The notes under the pieces are model-generated. The model did no database searches. It was given only the letters and a program-made list of their open reading frames with translations, and was not told where the DNA came from. A program made the position numbers and the translations under genes. Of a stretch of DNA of 64,000 bases, positions 9,684-20,979 are shown in pieces. Numbering within the stretch: position 1 is the first letter of the stretch; each line of letters opens with the position of its first letter. Source of the stretch: Bacteroidia bacterium (lineage in GTDB: Bacteria > Bacteroidota > Bacteroidia > UKL13-3); contig JALONK010000010.1 in the NCBI GenBank assembly GCA_025454975.1, positions 2,217 through 66,216 of the forward strand, in the 5' to 3' direction.

Positions 9684-10006
9684 TGATTTGTTTTCCAATA
9701 CTACAAATGTACAGCCTTGCTTTATGAATTATGCTACCTGTTGCAATTTGTTTAACTATTTATGTAAACTATTAAACAGACCTTTTGTTTTTCGAATCTT
9801 TAGAATAAACACCAAAAAGTGGCATAAATAGGGATAAACAAGAATTATAAAGGAATAAGGATTTCTTATAAATTATTTATTATACTGTTTTTCAATTACT
9901 TAAGTGTTGTTTAACTTTTTGTCATAAATATTTAACAAAGTAGATGGTGTTGATTTGGATAAGTATTGTACATTTGTTTAACAAATCAACCATAATATTA
10001 AACAAT

Positions 10007-10537
10007 ATGACAGGTATCGAATTCAAAAGAACAGTGCAACGCGAAACACAATCGCTGCGTCATTACGCTTATCAACTAACGAGAAACGTAGAAGACACTA
10101 ATGATCTGGTACAAGATACCATGTTAAAAGCATTAACTTATCAGGATAAATTTACTGATGGTACTAATTTAAAAGGTTGGTTATATACCATTATGAAAAA
10201 TACGTTTATCAATAACTACAGAAGAATGGTTAAACGTAACACCTTTATTGACCAAACAGATAATGATTATTATTTAGACTCTGTTTCTCATTCGGTAAAG
10301 AACGATGCTGAGAAAAAGTTTATGCTAAACGATATTGAACAAGCAATTGAAGCATTGCCGCCAAGCTTAAGAAAACCATTTACGATGAATACTAAAGGAT
10401 TTAAGTATCATGAAATTGCAGAAATTTTGCATATCCCGATAGGTACTGTAAAAACGAGAATATTCGTTGCAAGAAGGCAGTTAAGAGAACAATTAAATGG
10501 ATATGCAAAAATATACGGATTAGAAAATGTGATGTAG
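10007..10537 (+). CDS. ECF-family RNA polymerase sigma factor with no adjacent anti-sigma
   Basis: DLVQDTMLKA, GWLYTIMKNTFIN.YRR, YHEIAEIL.IPIGTVKTRIF.AR; ATG 10007 follows TACATTTG at 9969-9976. Confidence 0.93.
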   Translation: MTGIEFKRTVQRETQSLRHYAYQLTRNVEDTNDLVQDTMLKALTYQDKFTDGTNLKGWLYTIMKNTFINNYRRMVKRNTFIDQTDNDYYLDSVSHSVKNDAEKKFMLNDIEQAIEALPPSLRKPFTMNTKGFKYHEIAEILHIPIGTVKTRIFVARRQLREQLNGYAKIYGLENVM

Positions 10538-10555
10538 GTTATACTAAACTAATTT

Positions 10556-10585
10556 AAAAAGCAGTTCTAAATGAACTGCTTTTTT
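10556..10585 (+). terminator. Intrinsic terminator
   Basis: AAAAAGCAGTTC-TAAAT-GAACTGCTTTTTT directly after the sigma factor gene. Confidence 0.85.
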
Positions 10586-10614
10586 GTTTAATTTGAGTTT
10601 CAAAACCAATTTAT

Positions 10615-11454
10615 ATGAGAAAATCGCTTTTAATTATATCGTTTTTATTGTTTACCCTTCAATCGTTCGCCCAAATTGGATTCAAGAAAAAGCCTGATGA
10701 ATTACAACAATTTAAAGACACCAGATTGGTGGTAGTATTGTTTCAAGACAGCGCATATAATGCATCTATCATTGAAGCCGTAGAAAAATATTGGACTTTT
10801 AATGGTGGTTTTTCATTTGTATATGACAGTGCAATGAAAGCTTATAACAAACCCGAATTTTCATATTTATTTTTTAGCAAAAGTAAAGGCACTAAAATAA
10901 AAGCAAAGCTTGGCAGTTCTGAAGTTGACTTTAATGGTTTGATAATTACAGGAGGAGGGAAATTTAAGAAAAAAGCATTAGAAGCAGACTTAATCGCAGG
11001 TGCATTTTGTTCAAACGATATTGATACAAGCGACTGGAGAGCTGAATTAAAAAGAGGCGTTCAACTATTGAACAATTATTTTAATACGGCCATTGAAGGT
11101 GAAGACGGAAAATCCATGTCGAATGCCTATATAATAAAAAACGCACCGGCCAACAAAAGCTTGTTAAATAACACTTTGGGGGTACCACTACGCAGCCTCG
11201 ACTTAAAAGGAAAAGAAGATGGTGCTCAACTTTGGGGAGGCGAAATTGAAGAGTTGGAAGTTGAAGAAATCCAAAGAGCAATACTTACTGAATCAAATCA
11301 ATTAATATTCTTTTATAGTAAAGATGAAAGAGGTTGCAATAAAGTTGTTACTTCAACTGCAGGTGAATTAGTGTATTTAGCAAATGATGCGCCTGAAAAA
11401 TGTAAATTAAGTGCTAAGGATTTGAAAGCACTAAATTTAAAACGAACCGAATAA
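10615..11454 (+). CDS. Hypothetical exported protein
   Basis: 279-aa ORF with Sec signal peptide (SFA-Q); no family recognised. Confidence 0.75.
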   Translation: MRKSLLIISFLLFTLQSFAQIGFKKKPDELQQFKDTRLVVVLFQDSAYNASIIEAVEKYWTFNGGFSFVYDSAMKAYNKPEFSYLFFSKSKGTKIKAKLGSSEVDFNGLIITGGGKFKKKALEADLIAGAFCSNDIDTSDWRAELKRGVQLLNNYFNTAIEGEDGKSMSNAYIIKNAPANKSLLNNTLGVPLRSLDLKGKEDGAQLWGGEIEELEVEEIQRAILTESNQLIFFYSKDERGCNKVVTSTAGELVYLANDAPEKCKLSAKDLKALNLKRTE

Positions 11455-11458
11455 TAAA

Positions 11459-13849
11459 TTAAGGTTGTTGAACCAATAAGCGTTTTGCCGCGCGTATTCC
11501 ATCAACATTTACCTCTATAAAATATAAGCCTTCTTGTATACCTTGTAGGCTTATTTTTTTGCTCGATTCAATTTGAGATACATCTTCCTGCTTTATTAAT
11601 TTCCCTGTAACATCATACATCTTTATTGTCCATTTGCTTTGCAGAGGCAAGTCTAATTGAATTACTACTTGTTGAGTGGCCGGATTAGGATACAATTGAA
11701 ACTGTTGCTTTAAAAAGGCTTCATTAAATCCCGGTCTTACGGAATCTTTCGGAAGTTCCATTACGGCAGCCAAGTACATTAATCCACCTGAGATATTTCC
11801 TATAATTAAATCCGGTAAACTATCCTGGTTAAGGTTGGCCGAGGTGATAACACTCCTACTTCCAAAGCGCTTATGATAAGCGGCATTAGAGTCTCTTCCA
11901 AAATCTACAAACATCTCAGGCATTGGTTTGGCAACCGAATCTTTATTGGCATAAACATTTGTATAACAAAAAATTCTTCCTGTACTCGACCCCAAATACA
12001 TTTCCCAAACCCCATCTAAATCTGCATCTAACACGTGAGGGGTAGAAAAGCCATTAATCTCCACCATGGAAGAAACACCTATCGCTGAAAAAACTTCACG
12101 TGAATTTACCTTACCTAGGCTGTCAATGGTAGCAGTACTATTAAATTGAGGAGATGTTTTTGTACCATTATTTTTATAAAATTTCACCGTACCATTGCGT
12201 TGTCCGCAAACAATATCATTCAATCCATCTTTATCTAAATCAATAATTTGAGGTGTTGCAAAAGTACCAATTAAAATATTGAAGGCATTTCGGCTCATAA
12301 GCTTATATTTTGCTAAACCGGTATTACCTTCATGCTCAAAATAGCTCAACGAGCCGTTTCCATCACCAATTAATAAATCATCTTTTCCATCCCCGTTTAA
12401 ATCACCAAAAGTTGGGTGAGCTGCAAAAAAACCGGGGCCTCTGCTTCCTAGTTCAGCAAAATTACTATCCACCATTTTAAATACCGGCCTTGTTGAGTCG
12501 CCAATATTCAGGAACAAAAACATACGGTCGTTATTATTTCCGCTCTTTTCTAGAATCCCACTTGTTGACACCACCAGATCTTTATCACCATCCCCATCAA
12601 CATCAGTGAATACAGGTACTGAGCGAAGACCTAAATCAACCATATCTGCATATAAAAAATCGTTACCCGGCAACTCGTTAAATTGCAAATTACTATTCAC
12701 TCGTGTGGCGTCAAATAACCAAATATTATCAACAGACTTAGATGCTAAGGTTTTGTTTGTTGTCACTAACAATTCATTTTTATTATCTGCATTTATATCT
12801 ACATAATAGCATGCAGGAAATTCAATAAAATTTCTTCTTGTTCCATTCTTCGATAAGAATAAAGTGTCTTGCCTAATAATAGAGTCAATATTCCTTGAGT
12901 TTTGTAAACGACCATTAATCAATGAAATGAAACTATTATATTCTGAATCACCCATGATTAAATCTTTGATACCATCGCCATTTAAATCAATCATACATAA
13001 ACTTTGATCGGCATGTTTGGCCTTTTTGCCCCACATATTGTAAACACATTCGTTTGACCTTGCTCTGTCGAAACCTAACTCATAAGTATGATTTTCAAAT
13101 TTATAACTGGCAAAACCCCAGCACCTGTCTCTGAAAACATAAGCTGTAGTATCGTTTGAGAAAGGCGTATTTTGTTTATTTTTTTTATAGTTTTCGTAAT
13201 AAATATTTGTTGAACTAAAGCCTTGATTAGTGATCATATCATCATCTCCATCTCCATCCAAATCACCAAACGCCGGCAAGGCATTTTCTACCGAATATAC
13301 ATTTGAAGGAGGAAAATTTTGATTAAACGGAGGTCCAACAAATAATCCGGTATCCATAAGCGTATTCGAGTATTGCTTAAAATAAAACTTCCCACCGGGT
13401 GTTCTTGTATTCACAAATAATTGAACTGCTTGAGGAAGAACAATTGGGTCAGCAGTAACTTTATTGTGAGAAAATGCATAAGTAAACAAATCAGGTTTAC
13501 CATCATAGTTATGATCGCGTAAAAACACCCATCCGGTTAAATAATCTCTAAACGCAGCTTCATACTGTGGCGTATGCACCATTTTACCATTCAAGAAAGT
13601 AAATGCTATGGGTCGTTTCGACTCTCTATCAAAAACAAATAGATCAGCTTTACCATCATTGTTCCAATCAATATTACTGAATTGTGGTGCATTTATCCCA
13701 CCGGCAAAAGGATTAAGAAGTGTATCGTTCGACCACATTTTTAATACTTTAGGTGTGGTATTTGTTTGAATATACCGCAATGATTGTGCATTAATGATAT
13801 TGCTTATCAAAGTAAAGATCAATATGCTTGTAACAGTAATTTTATTCAT
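11459..13849 (-). CDS. T9SS type A CTD protein with FG-GAP/VCBS calcium-binding repeats
   Basis: Repeated DxDGDGDxD motifs (DWNNDGKAD, DLDGDGDDD, DLNGDGIKD, DVDGDGDKD, DLNGDGKDD, DLDKDGLND); C-terminal LYPNPA...YDVTGK...GLYFIEV...KRLLV. Confidence 0.9.
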   Translation of the reverse strand: MNKITVTSILIFTLISNIINAQSLRYIQTNTTPKVLKMWSNDTLLNPFAGGINAPQFSNIDWNNDGKADLFVFDRESKRPIAFTFLNGKMVHTPQYEAAFRDYLTGWVFLRDHNYDGKPDLFTYAFSHNKVTADPIVLPQAVQLFVNTRTPGGKFYFKQYSNTLMDTGLFVGPPFNQNFPPSNVYSVENALPAFGDLDGDGDDDMITNQGFSSTNIYYENYKKNKQNTPFSNDTTAYVFRDRCWGFASYKFENHTYELGFDRARSNECVYNMWGKKAKHADQSLCMIDLNGDGIKDLIMGDSEYNSFISLINGRLQNSRNIDSIIRQDTLFLSKNGTRRNFIEFPACYYVDINADNKNELLVTTNKTLASKSVDNIWLFDATRVNSNLQFNELPGNDFLYADMVDLGLRSVPVFTDVDGDGDKDLVVSTSGILEKSGNNNDRMFLFLNIGDSTRPVFKMVDSNFAELGSRGPGFFAAHPTFGDLNGDGKDDLLIGDGNGSLSYFEHEGNTGLAKYKLMSRNAFNILIGTFATPQIIDLDKDGLNDIVCGQRNGTVKFYKNNGTKTSPQFNSTATIDSLGKVNSREVFSAIGVSSMVEINGFSTPHVLDADLDGVWEMYLGSSTGRIFCYTNVYANKDSVAKPMPEMFVDFGRDSNAAYHKRFGSRSVITSANLNQDSLPDLIIGNISGGLMYLAAVMELPKDSVRPGFNEAFLKQQFQLYPNPATQQVVIQLDLPLQSKWTIKMYDVTGKLIKQEDVSQIESSKKISLQGIQEGLYFIEVNVDGIRAAKRLLVQQP

Positions 13850-13905
13850 AGCAAATAAATTAATGAGGGAAAATTACAATTTAATAAACTTAAAATTAAC
13901 TTTAT

Positions 13906-15204
13906 ATGGGTGTTATTGAAAAAATCCATGAGCTTTTTAAAGCGACCCGACAAATATCTATTGATACAAGGAAGATAGAACGCGGCAGTATTTTCTTCGC
14001 CTTAAAAGGACCTAATTTTAATGCAAATACATTTGCAGAGGAAGCATTAAAAAAGGGTGCAGCTTATTGTATAATTGATGATGTAAATTATAAGGTTAAT
14101 GAACAATGTATTTTGGTTAATGACGTTTTAGAAACGCTTCAACAATTGGCACTATTTCATCGTTCACAATTTAATATTCCAATTATTGCCATAGCAGGAA
14201 GTAATGGTAAAACAACAAGTAAAGAACTTATCACGGCAGTGCTTCAAACCACATATAATGTACATGCAACGCCGGGTAATTTAAATAACCATATCGGACT
14301 CCCACTTACGTTACTTATGCTTAATGAACATCACCAAGTGGCAGTTATAGAAATGGGGGCAAATCACGTAGGTGAAAATGCATTTTTATGCGAAATTACC
14401 AAACCAACATTAGGTATTGTAACTAACAACGGCAAAGATCATCTTGAAGGATTTGGAGACATGGAAGGTGTTGCGAAAAGTAACAGTGAACTTTATTATT
14501 ATCTTTTACACCATAATGGTCTTGCCTTTGTAAATGCTCATGACGAATGGTTGTTAAGAATGAGCAGCCGATTAAGCAGAAGAATCACCTATGCCGCTAA
14601 TACATCTAACCGCTTGGCACAAGCGCATTATCAAGGAAAAGCAAATCAACTCCAACCTAATATTGTTTATGAATTTGCCGGCTTAAATGGCACATCTGTA
14701 TTAAGCGGTGATTATAATTTTGATAATATTATGGCTGCTGTATCCATTGGCAAAAACCTCGGAATTGCAGATGAAAAAATTATACAAGGCGTGGCCTCTT
14801 ACCAACCTTCTAATAACCGTTCGCAGTGGATTAAAAAAAATCAAAACATGATTTTTATGGATGCATATAATGCTAATCCAACAAGCATGGAAGTTGCACT
14901 TAGAAACTTCGCACAAATGGACCACTCTAATAAGCTTGTTATTTTGGGCGATATGTTTGAAATGGGTAAATATGCCGCTTCGGAACATCAACGAATAATT
15001 GACCTTTGTAAAGAGTTAGAAATACCTAAGGTAATTGCTATTGGGAACGACTTTTACCAAACATCTTCTTATGATTATTTAAAGTTTGAGAAAACCGAAG
15101 AGGCTGCCCAATACTTAACCGAATATCAAGTTGAAAACAGCCTGATATTTATAAAGGGATCAAGAGGTATGAAACTTGAATCGTTAGTTAATTTGATTAA
15201 TTAG
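13906..15204 (+). CDS. murF: UDP-N-acetylmuramoyl-tripeptide--D-Ala-D-Ala ligase
   Basis: [55 protein letters not shown]. Confidence 0.96.
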   Translation: MGVIEKIHELFKATRQISIDTRKIERGSIFFALKGPNFNANTFAEEALKKGAAYCIIDDVNYKVNEQCILVNDVLETLQQLALFHRSQFNIPIIAIAGSNGKTTSKELITAVLQTTYNVHATPGNLNNHIGLPLTLLMLNEHHQVAVIEMGANHVGENAFLCEITKPTLGIVTNNGKDHLEGFGDMEGVAKSNSELYYYLLHHNGLAFVNAHDEWLLRMSSRLSRRITYAANTSNRLAQAHYQGKANQLQPNIVYEFAGLNGTSVLSGDYNFDNIMAAVSIGKNLGIADEKIIQGVASYQPSNNRSQWIKKNQNMIFMDAYNANPTSMEVALRNFAQMDHSNKLVILGDMFEMGKYAASEHQRIIDLCKELEIPKVIAIGNDFYQTSSYDYLKFEKTEEAAQYLTEYQVENSLIFIKGSRGMKLESLVNLIN

Positions 15205-15673
15205 TCTTACTCAATAAAACTACAGCATAAGCTGTTACACCCTCTTGTCGGCCGATAAATCCCATCTTTTCATTGGTGGTTGCTTTAACTGATACATCAT
15301 CAATTCCTATTTTACAAATGTCGGCAATGCAGGCTCGCATCTGTTCAACGTATGGCATAATTTTAGGTTTTTCTAATACCAAGGTACTATCAATGTTTAC
15401 TACCGTATAACCCTTTTCACCGATTAATTCAATAACTCGTTCCAACAAAATTTTACTGTCAATATTTTTAAACCCTGCATCAGTATCCGGAAAATGTTTC
15501 CCAATATCACCCAACGCCAATGCACCTAAAATTGCGTCACAAATTGCATGTAATAATACATCCGCATCACTATGCCCTAATGCACCTTTTTCGGCCGGAA
15601 TTAAAATCCCACCTAACCATAACGGGCGTTCACTGCTTAGTTGATGAACATCAAAACCAAAACCTATCCGCAT
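15197..15673 (-). CDS. ispF: 2-C-methyl-D-erythritol 2,4-cyclodiphosphate synthase
   Basis: [36 protein letters not shown]. Confidence 0.97.
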   Translation of the reverse strand: MRIGFGFDVHQLSSERPLWLGGILIPAEKGALGHSDADVLLHAICDAILGALALGDIGKHFPDTDAGFKNIDSKILLERVIELIGEKGYTVVNIDSTLVLEKPKIMPYVEQMRACIADICKIGIDDVSVKATTNEKMGFIGRQEGVTAYAVVLLSKTN

Positions 15674-15678
15674 ATTTA

Positions 15679-16935
15679 TTAATTAGCAGGAACTTCAAAT
15701 GAATCAATAGGCTTTTCTTTATCATTACTTCCACTACGCAATGCATCAAAATCTAAACCTAAAGTAAAACGCCATGTATTATCTAATGGATTACGTTGCC
15801 CAAATGAAACTAAATACGCTGCATCAATTGTAAATACAGTATACCTGATTCCAATGCCAAATGTTGCATATTTACGATTACCTTTAGTTGGGTGTTCATA
15901 AAAATATCCTCCTCTTAATGCAAATTGTTTATCGTACCAATATTCTAATCCTGTGCTGATATTTATTTCCCTCAACTCTTCACTTAATCCTCCGGGGGCA
16001 TCAGTAAAAGATTGAAGCATGCCTTGAATAACCGGAACGTTTGTTTTTTTACCTGACTCTATCACAGGTTCACCATTGGCATCAAATTCGATTTGACCAT
16101 TTTCGTTTCTTTTATATCTTGGAGGAGTTGGTACCAATAATTTGTTAAAATCAAGCATCAGTGCTAATGAGTTATATTTATCAATCTCTATTTGACCATA
16201 CCCACCTATACGCATGTTAATTGGTATAAAGTTACGAAACTGATCGGTTGTATAGGTAATTTTTGAACCAATATTGGTAATGGCTGCACCTAATCCATAA
16301 TTAATTTTGTACCCTTCAATTTTAGTTTTGTTTTTATAATATGCAGTAAGATCGGCCGAATAAGCAGTACCCGCCTGTATGGTACTTTGAGAAAGCTGAG
16401 CACCACCAGCTAAGTTTGAATAGATAAATCGAAAAGCTAATCCTAAACTAAAATTATCAGACAATCGCTGTGCATAAGCCAAATCAGCAGCCCATTCACT
16501 TGGAGTTGCTTTACCCATATTACCACCAAAATTGTCTGTAAATTGAATATCACCTAGTGAGAAATAACGTAACGAACCTCCAATTGATGACCTATCGTTT
16601 AATTTACCCATAATTGATAAGTACGAAATGGATACATCAGGAACAAGTGCACGTAACCAAGGTGTATAGGATAGAGCTACTGTACCATTTTTTTCATTGA
16701 AAACCATTTTTGCAGCATTCCAATGAATGGCATTCGGATCATTCGGGGTTGCAGCTCCAACATCACCCATGGCCCCTGCCCTAGCATTAGGAGTAATCAT
16801 TAAAAAAGGAACAGATGTGGTGATGGTATTTTGCCTTCCATCAAGTTGCCCTGGGTTCGACACTTGAGCAAATACAACTTTGTTAAGGCAACTTAATGTT
16901 ACTAACAATCCTACTATTCTTATTTTATTTTTCAT
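15679..16935 (-). CDS. porV: T9SS outer-membrane shuttle PorV
   Basis: [53 protein letters not shown]; between porU and ispF; ATG 16935 preferred. Confidence 0.93.
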   Translation of the reverse strand: MKNKIRIVGLLVTLSCLNKVVFAQVSNPGQLDGRQNTITTSVPFLMITPNARAGAMGDVGAATPNDPNAIHWNAAKMVFNEKNGTVALSYTPWLRALVPDVSISYLSIMGKLNDRSSIGGSLRYFSLGDIQFTDNFGGNMGKATPSEWAADLAYAQRLSDNFSLGLAFRFIYSNLAGGAQLSQSTIQAGTAYSADLTAYYKNKTKIEGYKINYGLGAAITNIGSKITYTTDQFRNFIPINMRIGGYGQIEIDKYNSLALMLDFNKLLVPTPPRYKRNENGQIEFDANGEPVIESGKKTNVPVIQGMLQSFTDAPGGLSEELREINISTGLEYWYDKQFALRGGYFYEHPTKGNRKYATFGIGIRYTVFTIDAAYLVSFGQRNPLDNTWRFTLGLDFDALRSGSNDKEKPIDSFEVPAN

Positions 16936-16968
16936 TTTATATAATAACACTGTGTGCAATATCTTTAC

Positions 16969-19900
16969 TTAATTTAAGATTACCAATTTTTGTGTAACCT
17001 CATCAGTTTTACCTGATCTAGATTTTACTTTCACTTTATAAATGTAAACGCCATTGGCAAGTTTATCACCAAAATCGTCTCTACCATCCCAAAAAATATC
17101 ATCGAAGTGCGATTCCATTGCAATGGTTTCAGTTGATAATGTTTTTATAAGTTGCCCTGAAACTGTGTAAATCTGAATCATCACTGTCATATCTTCACCT
17201 GCTGCATTATGATCAAAATGAAAAGTGGTTGCATTTACAAATGGATTAGGATAATTCAATACATTTTTTAGCGACAACTGGTCATTGTTAATCACAGTAA
17301 ATTCGATGGTTGATTCGGTAGGATTATTGTGGGTATCCCATGCCCTAAGAGTTAAGGTATGTTTGCCCGGTGATAAATTCGATAATTGGTAGCGAACTTC
17401 ACCTTCTTGATAACTATCGGTTTTAGCACGATAATAATTACTCATTGGAATTGACTGTGATTGATCGTTATCTAAAATAAGTACCAATTCACGACCAATA
17501 CCTTTACCAACGGTATTTATACCATTAATATCAAATAATCGTGCAATAAATAATGGGCTTGGCGATGTAATTCCGCCATAAACAAATGATTCGTCATTAA
17601 TAAACAACCTCACATCCGGACCTACAGCATCTCTGTTAATAGAGTCGGCTGTTCCTCCTATTAAAAAATCTTCATTAAATCCATTACCATCTATGGTTTG
17701 ATTTTCGGCATAATAAGAAATTTTGCCTTTCCCAAATTGATACGAAATATCTTTAGGAACGATAAAACTAAAGCTGAAAATTCCGTTTTTTACAGTTGCT
17801 GAACCACTGTAAATAATATTGTCTTGCATTTGGAATGTGAGTGAAGGAGCTGAACCTGGATTATTTACTAAAGTGCGATACGTAGAAGGTTTATCGAATA
17901 CGGTAGGATAAACTAACCCATTAAAATTATTCATCAACTGACCATTCATATCCTCTACCCTACCTTCAACTGTAACCTTAGATAGTGCCTTTAAAGTATC
18001 AGTAATTGTAGTAATCGGCTTACCATTAATGGCAGTTGTTGTAACATTGTATCTTGGAATAGCAAGATGCATGGCGGCATCACCAAGTAAGGTAAAACTT
18101 CTATCGTTCACCGACATTTGTGTTAAACTTTTAGTTAACCTCATCATTTCACCAAATGAAACTGTTGACGCACGTTTGGCTGATTCTAACCCTACCGAAC
18201 GATAAAAAGCATCATTAAGTCTATCATTTGCATCTACATAAACCAACCTTACTGTAGTTAATAATCCAATCGTTCCTCCATTAGGATTAAGAAAGGTAAG
18301 TTCGCCTGCCGATACCCTTTCAGGATCGTCAAATCTACTGAATTCGCAGGTTGCAGTTACAAATAAACTTAAGCGGTTGGCGTTGGTCCACGAATTAATA
18401 TTTTCAATAGTTAATATACGTTCTGCGGCCCAGCCTAGTTCGCCGCCATGTCCGGTATAATTTAAAATCAATGAACCTTTTTGTACAGCATCATTAATGG
18501 CACGCTGAGCATTAGGGTAACGCTCGCCACCTGCTAAAATTTCTTCTTTAAAAGCGTCAATAAATATTTTTTGAGCATTATATTGCTTAAAATTATTACT
18601 GATATTATTGGCCATTTTATTGGCTTGATTCTGATGTAAGTTTTGATCATCATCATCACTAACAAACACTAAACGATTCCGCCAGTCGGCTAAAGCTTCG
18701 GATGAATGATAGGAAATTATTTTATCAATAACTTGTTTTAACTCTATGTTGTTGCTCACGGGGAGCCTTCCTACGCCTATTTCCATAAACTCGCTTCCAC
18801 TGCTTACTTCATCCCATCTACCTTCATTATCATCCAATAAAGCGATATAATCATCGCTACAGTATGATTCAGCCAGATTAGAAAAGTTACTTTGGTATGT
18901 TGGAACAAAGTTTGAGTTATTAGCTATCCTTCCTTTATAATCATAGGATGCTCTTCCAAACAAGGTTACAAACTTTAGTCGATCTGCATTAACAGTGGTC
19001 TTATTATAAAACATCCTGATGAAATCACGAATGGCTGTAACATCAGCACAGCCACTACCAAATTCGTTATAAATTTGATGAGTAGTAACTACATGTATTT
19101 TCAATCCTCTTTCGGCATGAAATTGTGCTAATCGTTGTGCTTCTTGATAAAACTCTCCCGGTGCTATATATATACCGTCGGCCAGAGGCAAACCATGTAA
19201 ATCTTGGTTTGCAATTCTACCTATCATAATTGGATTTATTAATGAATTAAATCCAAAAAAACCTGCAAGTTCATTTAAACCGGAAGCTTGATTAATAACC
19301 CGCGATAAATTATTTGCAACTGTAACCGGCAATTCTTTTACATCTGACTGGTTAGTAACATTAAACATCCTTATGCCATTGGGAGCACCTTCGATGTCGT
19401 AACCAACTATTTGATTATTGGCGGCTAGAACCCGATACAAAACCTGATTATTGTACCAAGTAATCTTAGCCTTTCCCGTTAATTCAAAGAAGTCGAGCCA
19501 ACCAATAGAACCTCCGGGGGTTTGATTAAAACGATAGCTTACATTTAAATTACCGGATGTGGCAGGAAATAATGCACTTGATTCGCTTGGGGCATAATAA
19601 GGAGCTCCGTAATAAGTACCTAAAACAGGCATATTGTTATGAGTAATGATATTAACATTATTGATGCTAACCACAAAAGAAGCCGGTGAAATGTTTGCTC
19701 GTGCAGCAACCGACGACCTGATTCTGAAGGTATCAACACCGGTATTTCCTACAATATTTACAGAAAACTGACGAGGATTTTGACGGTCGAACGTTTCGCC
19801 TAAAAATACCTTGCCTGACTTTCCGGGGTTCACCAATTCTCTTTCATAACTGTAACAGTAATAATGCTTGGTTTCAAGAACATCTATTGCAGGCTGAGCC

Positions 19901-20850
19901 GTTGAGGTTGTAATCCTCTTACCTAGGCCTTGATTGAATGTTAAAAAATAATAGGTTGTATCAGAGTAAATATTTTTTTCTCGAACCAATTGATTACCGT
20001 TTTGTTTCCAAACATCGAACTGCGACTTGCCGAAAAACATGACATAATCATTATCATTAAACAAACCATCAGACTCTCCTTGTACGAATATTGCGTGTTC
20101 AAGCATATCATCGGGTCTTGTTACTGAATTTGGTTGTGGTAACACACCCGCTCCGTAGCTGTAAATCCTAATACTTCGTGGATCAATATTAGCTGTAGGT
20201 ATACCATTGTTATTAAAAAAGGCAGCATCTAATTTATGAAATCCGGTATTTACAACTGCAATTTTGTACCATTGACCATTTGCCAACGCTGAATTAGATG
20301 CAAACGCTTTTTTGCCTAAAAAAATAGTTGGCTGAACAGTTTTATAGGTAATTTCTATTTCACAAGAAATAATTTGTTTAACAATACCCGAAGCGTAATT
20401 TCCTGCCAGTGGTAAAAATTGTAAAACAATAAGACTATTTCCCTGTTCTAAACCTATCGTTGTTTGAATGTCAAATTCTTGTAATAATTGGAGTGCCTTA
20501 GTTTGTTGTATTTTATTTGATATGTTATCTGAGGTTACCAGGTTACGAATTTTAATGGTTATATCCTCAGCTCTAATGCCGAGTCGGATGGCATCTTTAA
20601 AATATGGCAACCATTTGGTTTGCTCATTTTGATATGCGCCGTCGAAGGTTTGATAAAAATCGTAATTAACACCTCGTACAGGGTAATTTTTATGCTCACT
20701 CCAAAAGAAATTTTTTCTTAAAATTACTGAATTTGCCTGAACAGTAAAGCACATTATTACTGTAATTGAGCAGATTATAATTTTTTTTCTGTTTAGAAGC
20801 AATAAAAATTGCATAAGAGTTAACAAATTATTTATACTTGAAAAATGCAT
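16969..20850 (-). CDS. porU: T9SS sortase PorU (C25 gingipain-like)
   Basis: G.WYKIAV..TG, IYNEFGSG, GRASYDYK, NYTGHGG (His), ATCEFSRFD (Cys), C-terminal NYPNPF CTD; start could be ATG 20814. Confidence 0.94.
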   Translation of the reverse strand: MHFSSINNLLTLMQFLLLLNRKKIIICSITVIMCFTVQANSVILRKNFFWSEHKNYPVRGVNYDFYQTFDGAYQNEQTKWLPYFKDAIRLGIRAEDITIKIRNLVTSDNISNKIQQTKALQLLQEFDIQTTIGLEQGNSLIVLQFLPLAGNYASGIVKQIISCEIEITYKTVQPTIFLGKKAFASNSALANGQWYKIAVVNTGFHKLDAAFFNNNGIPTANIDPRSIRIYSYGAGVLPQPNSVTRPDDMLEHAIFVQGESDGLFNDNDYVMFFGKSQFDVWKQNGNQLVREKNIYSDTTYYFLTFNQGLGKRITTSTAQPAIDVLETKHYYCYSYERELVNPGKSGKVFLGETFDRQNPRQFSVNIVGNTGVDTFRIRSSVAARANISPASFVVSINNVNIITHNNMPVLGTYYGAPYYAPSESSALFPATSGNLNVSYRFNQTPGGSIGWLDFFELTGKAKITWYNNQVLYRVLAANNQIVGYDIEGAPNGIRMFNVTNQSDVKELPVTVANNLSRVINQASGLNELAGFFGFNSLINPIMIGRIANQDLHGLPLADGIYIAPGEFYQEAQRLAQFHAERGLKIHVVTTHQIYNEFGSGCADVTAIRDFIRMFYNKTTVNADRLKFVTLFGRASYDYKGRIANNSNFVPTYQSNFSNLAESYCSDDYIALLDDNEGRWDEVSSGSEFMEIGVGRLPVSNNIELKQVIDKIISYHSSEALADWRNRLVFVSDDDDQNLHQNQANKMANNISNNFKQYNAQKIFIDAFKEEILAGGERYPNAQRAINDAVQKGSLILNYTGHGGELGWAAERILTIENINSWTNANRLSLFVTATCEFSRFDDPERVSAGELTFLNPNGGTIGLLTTVRLVYVDANDRLNDAFYRSVGLESAKRASTVSFGEMMRLTKSLTQMSVNDRSFTLLGDAAMHLAIPRYNVTTTAINGKPITTITDTLKALSKVTVEGRVEDMNGQLMNNFNGLVYPTVFDKPSTYRTLVNNPGSAPSLTFQMQDNIIYSGSATVKNGIFSFSFIVPKDISYQFGKGKISYYAENQTIDGNGFNEDFLIGGTADSINRDAVGPDVRLFINDESFVYGGITSPSPLFIARLFDINGINTVGKGIGRELVLILDNDQSQSIPMSNYYRAKTDSYQEGEVRYQLSNLSPGKHTLTLRAWDTHNNPTESTIEFTVINNDQLSLKNVLNYPNPFVNATTFHFDHNAAGEDMTVMIQIYTVSGQLIKTLSTETIAMESHFDDIFWDGRDDFGDKLANGVYIYKVKVKSRSGKTDEVTQKLVILN

Positions 20851-20892
20851 TTATCAGCGTTTATAACGTTAACAAATGAAATTAATTATATG

Positions 20893-20918
20893 TTCATATC
20901 AAAAAACACTGATATGAA
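20893..20918. promoter_or_regulatory. Perfect inverted repeat, candidate operator between divergent porU and porP
   Basis: TTCATATCA-N8-TGATATGAA. Confidence 0.45.
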
Positions 20919-20979
20919 ATATTCAGTTGGCAACGGATTTTACTTACAAAAATAGGTAATAACGATGTAAGATTTTAAA

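Noticed and set aside
9944-10006. N-terminal extensions in the ORF track (sigma 9944, gldJ 23075, lolA 28238, glmM 38761, pntAB 52196, porV 16959)
   Set aside because: The extensions cover promoter elements or upstream genes; later starts give the expected N-termini or signal peptides.
20928-20943. TGGCAACGGATTTTAC as a sigma54 promoter for porP
   Set aside because: No G/GC at the -12 position with GG-N10 spacing.
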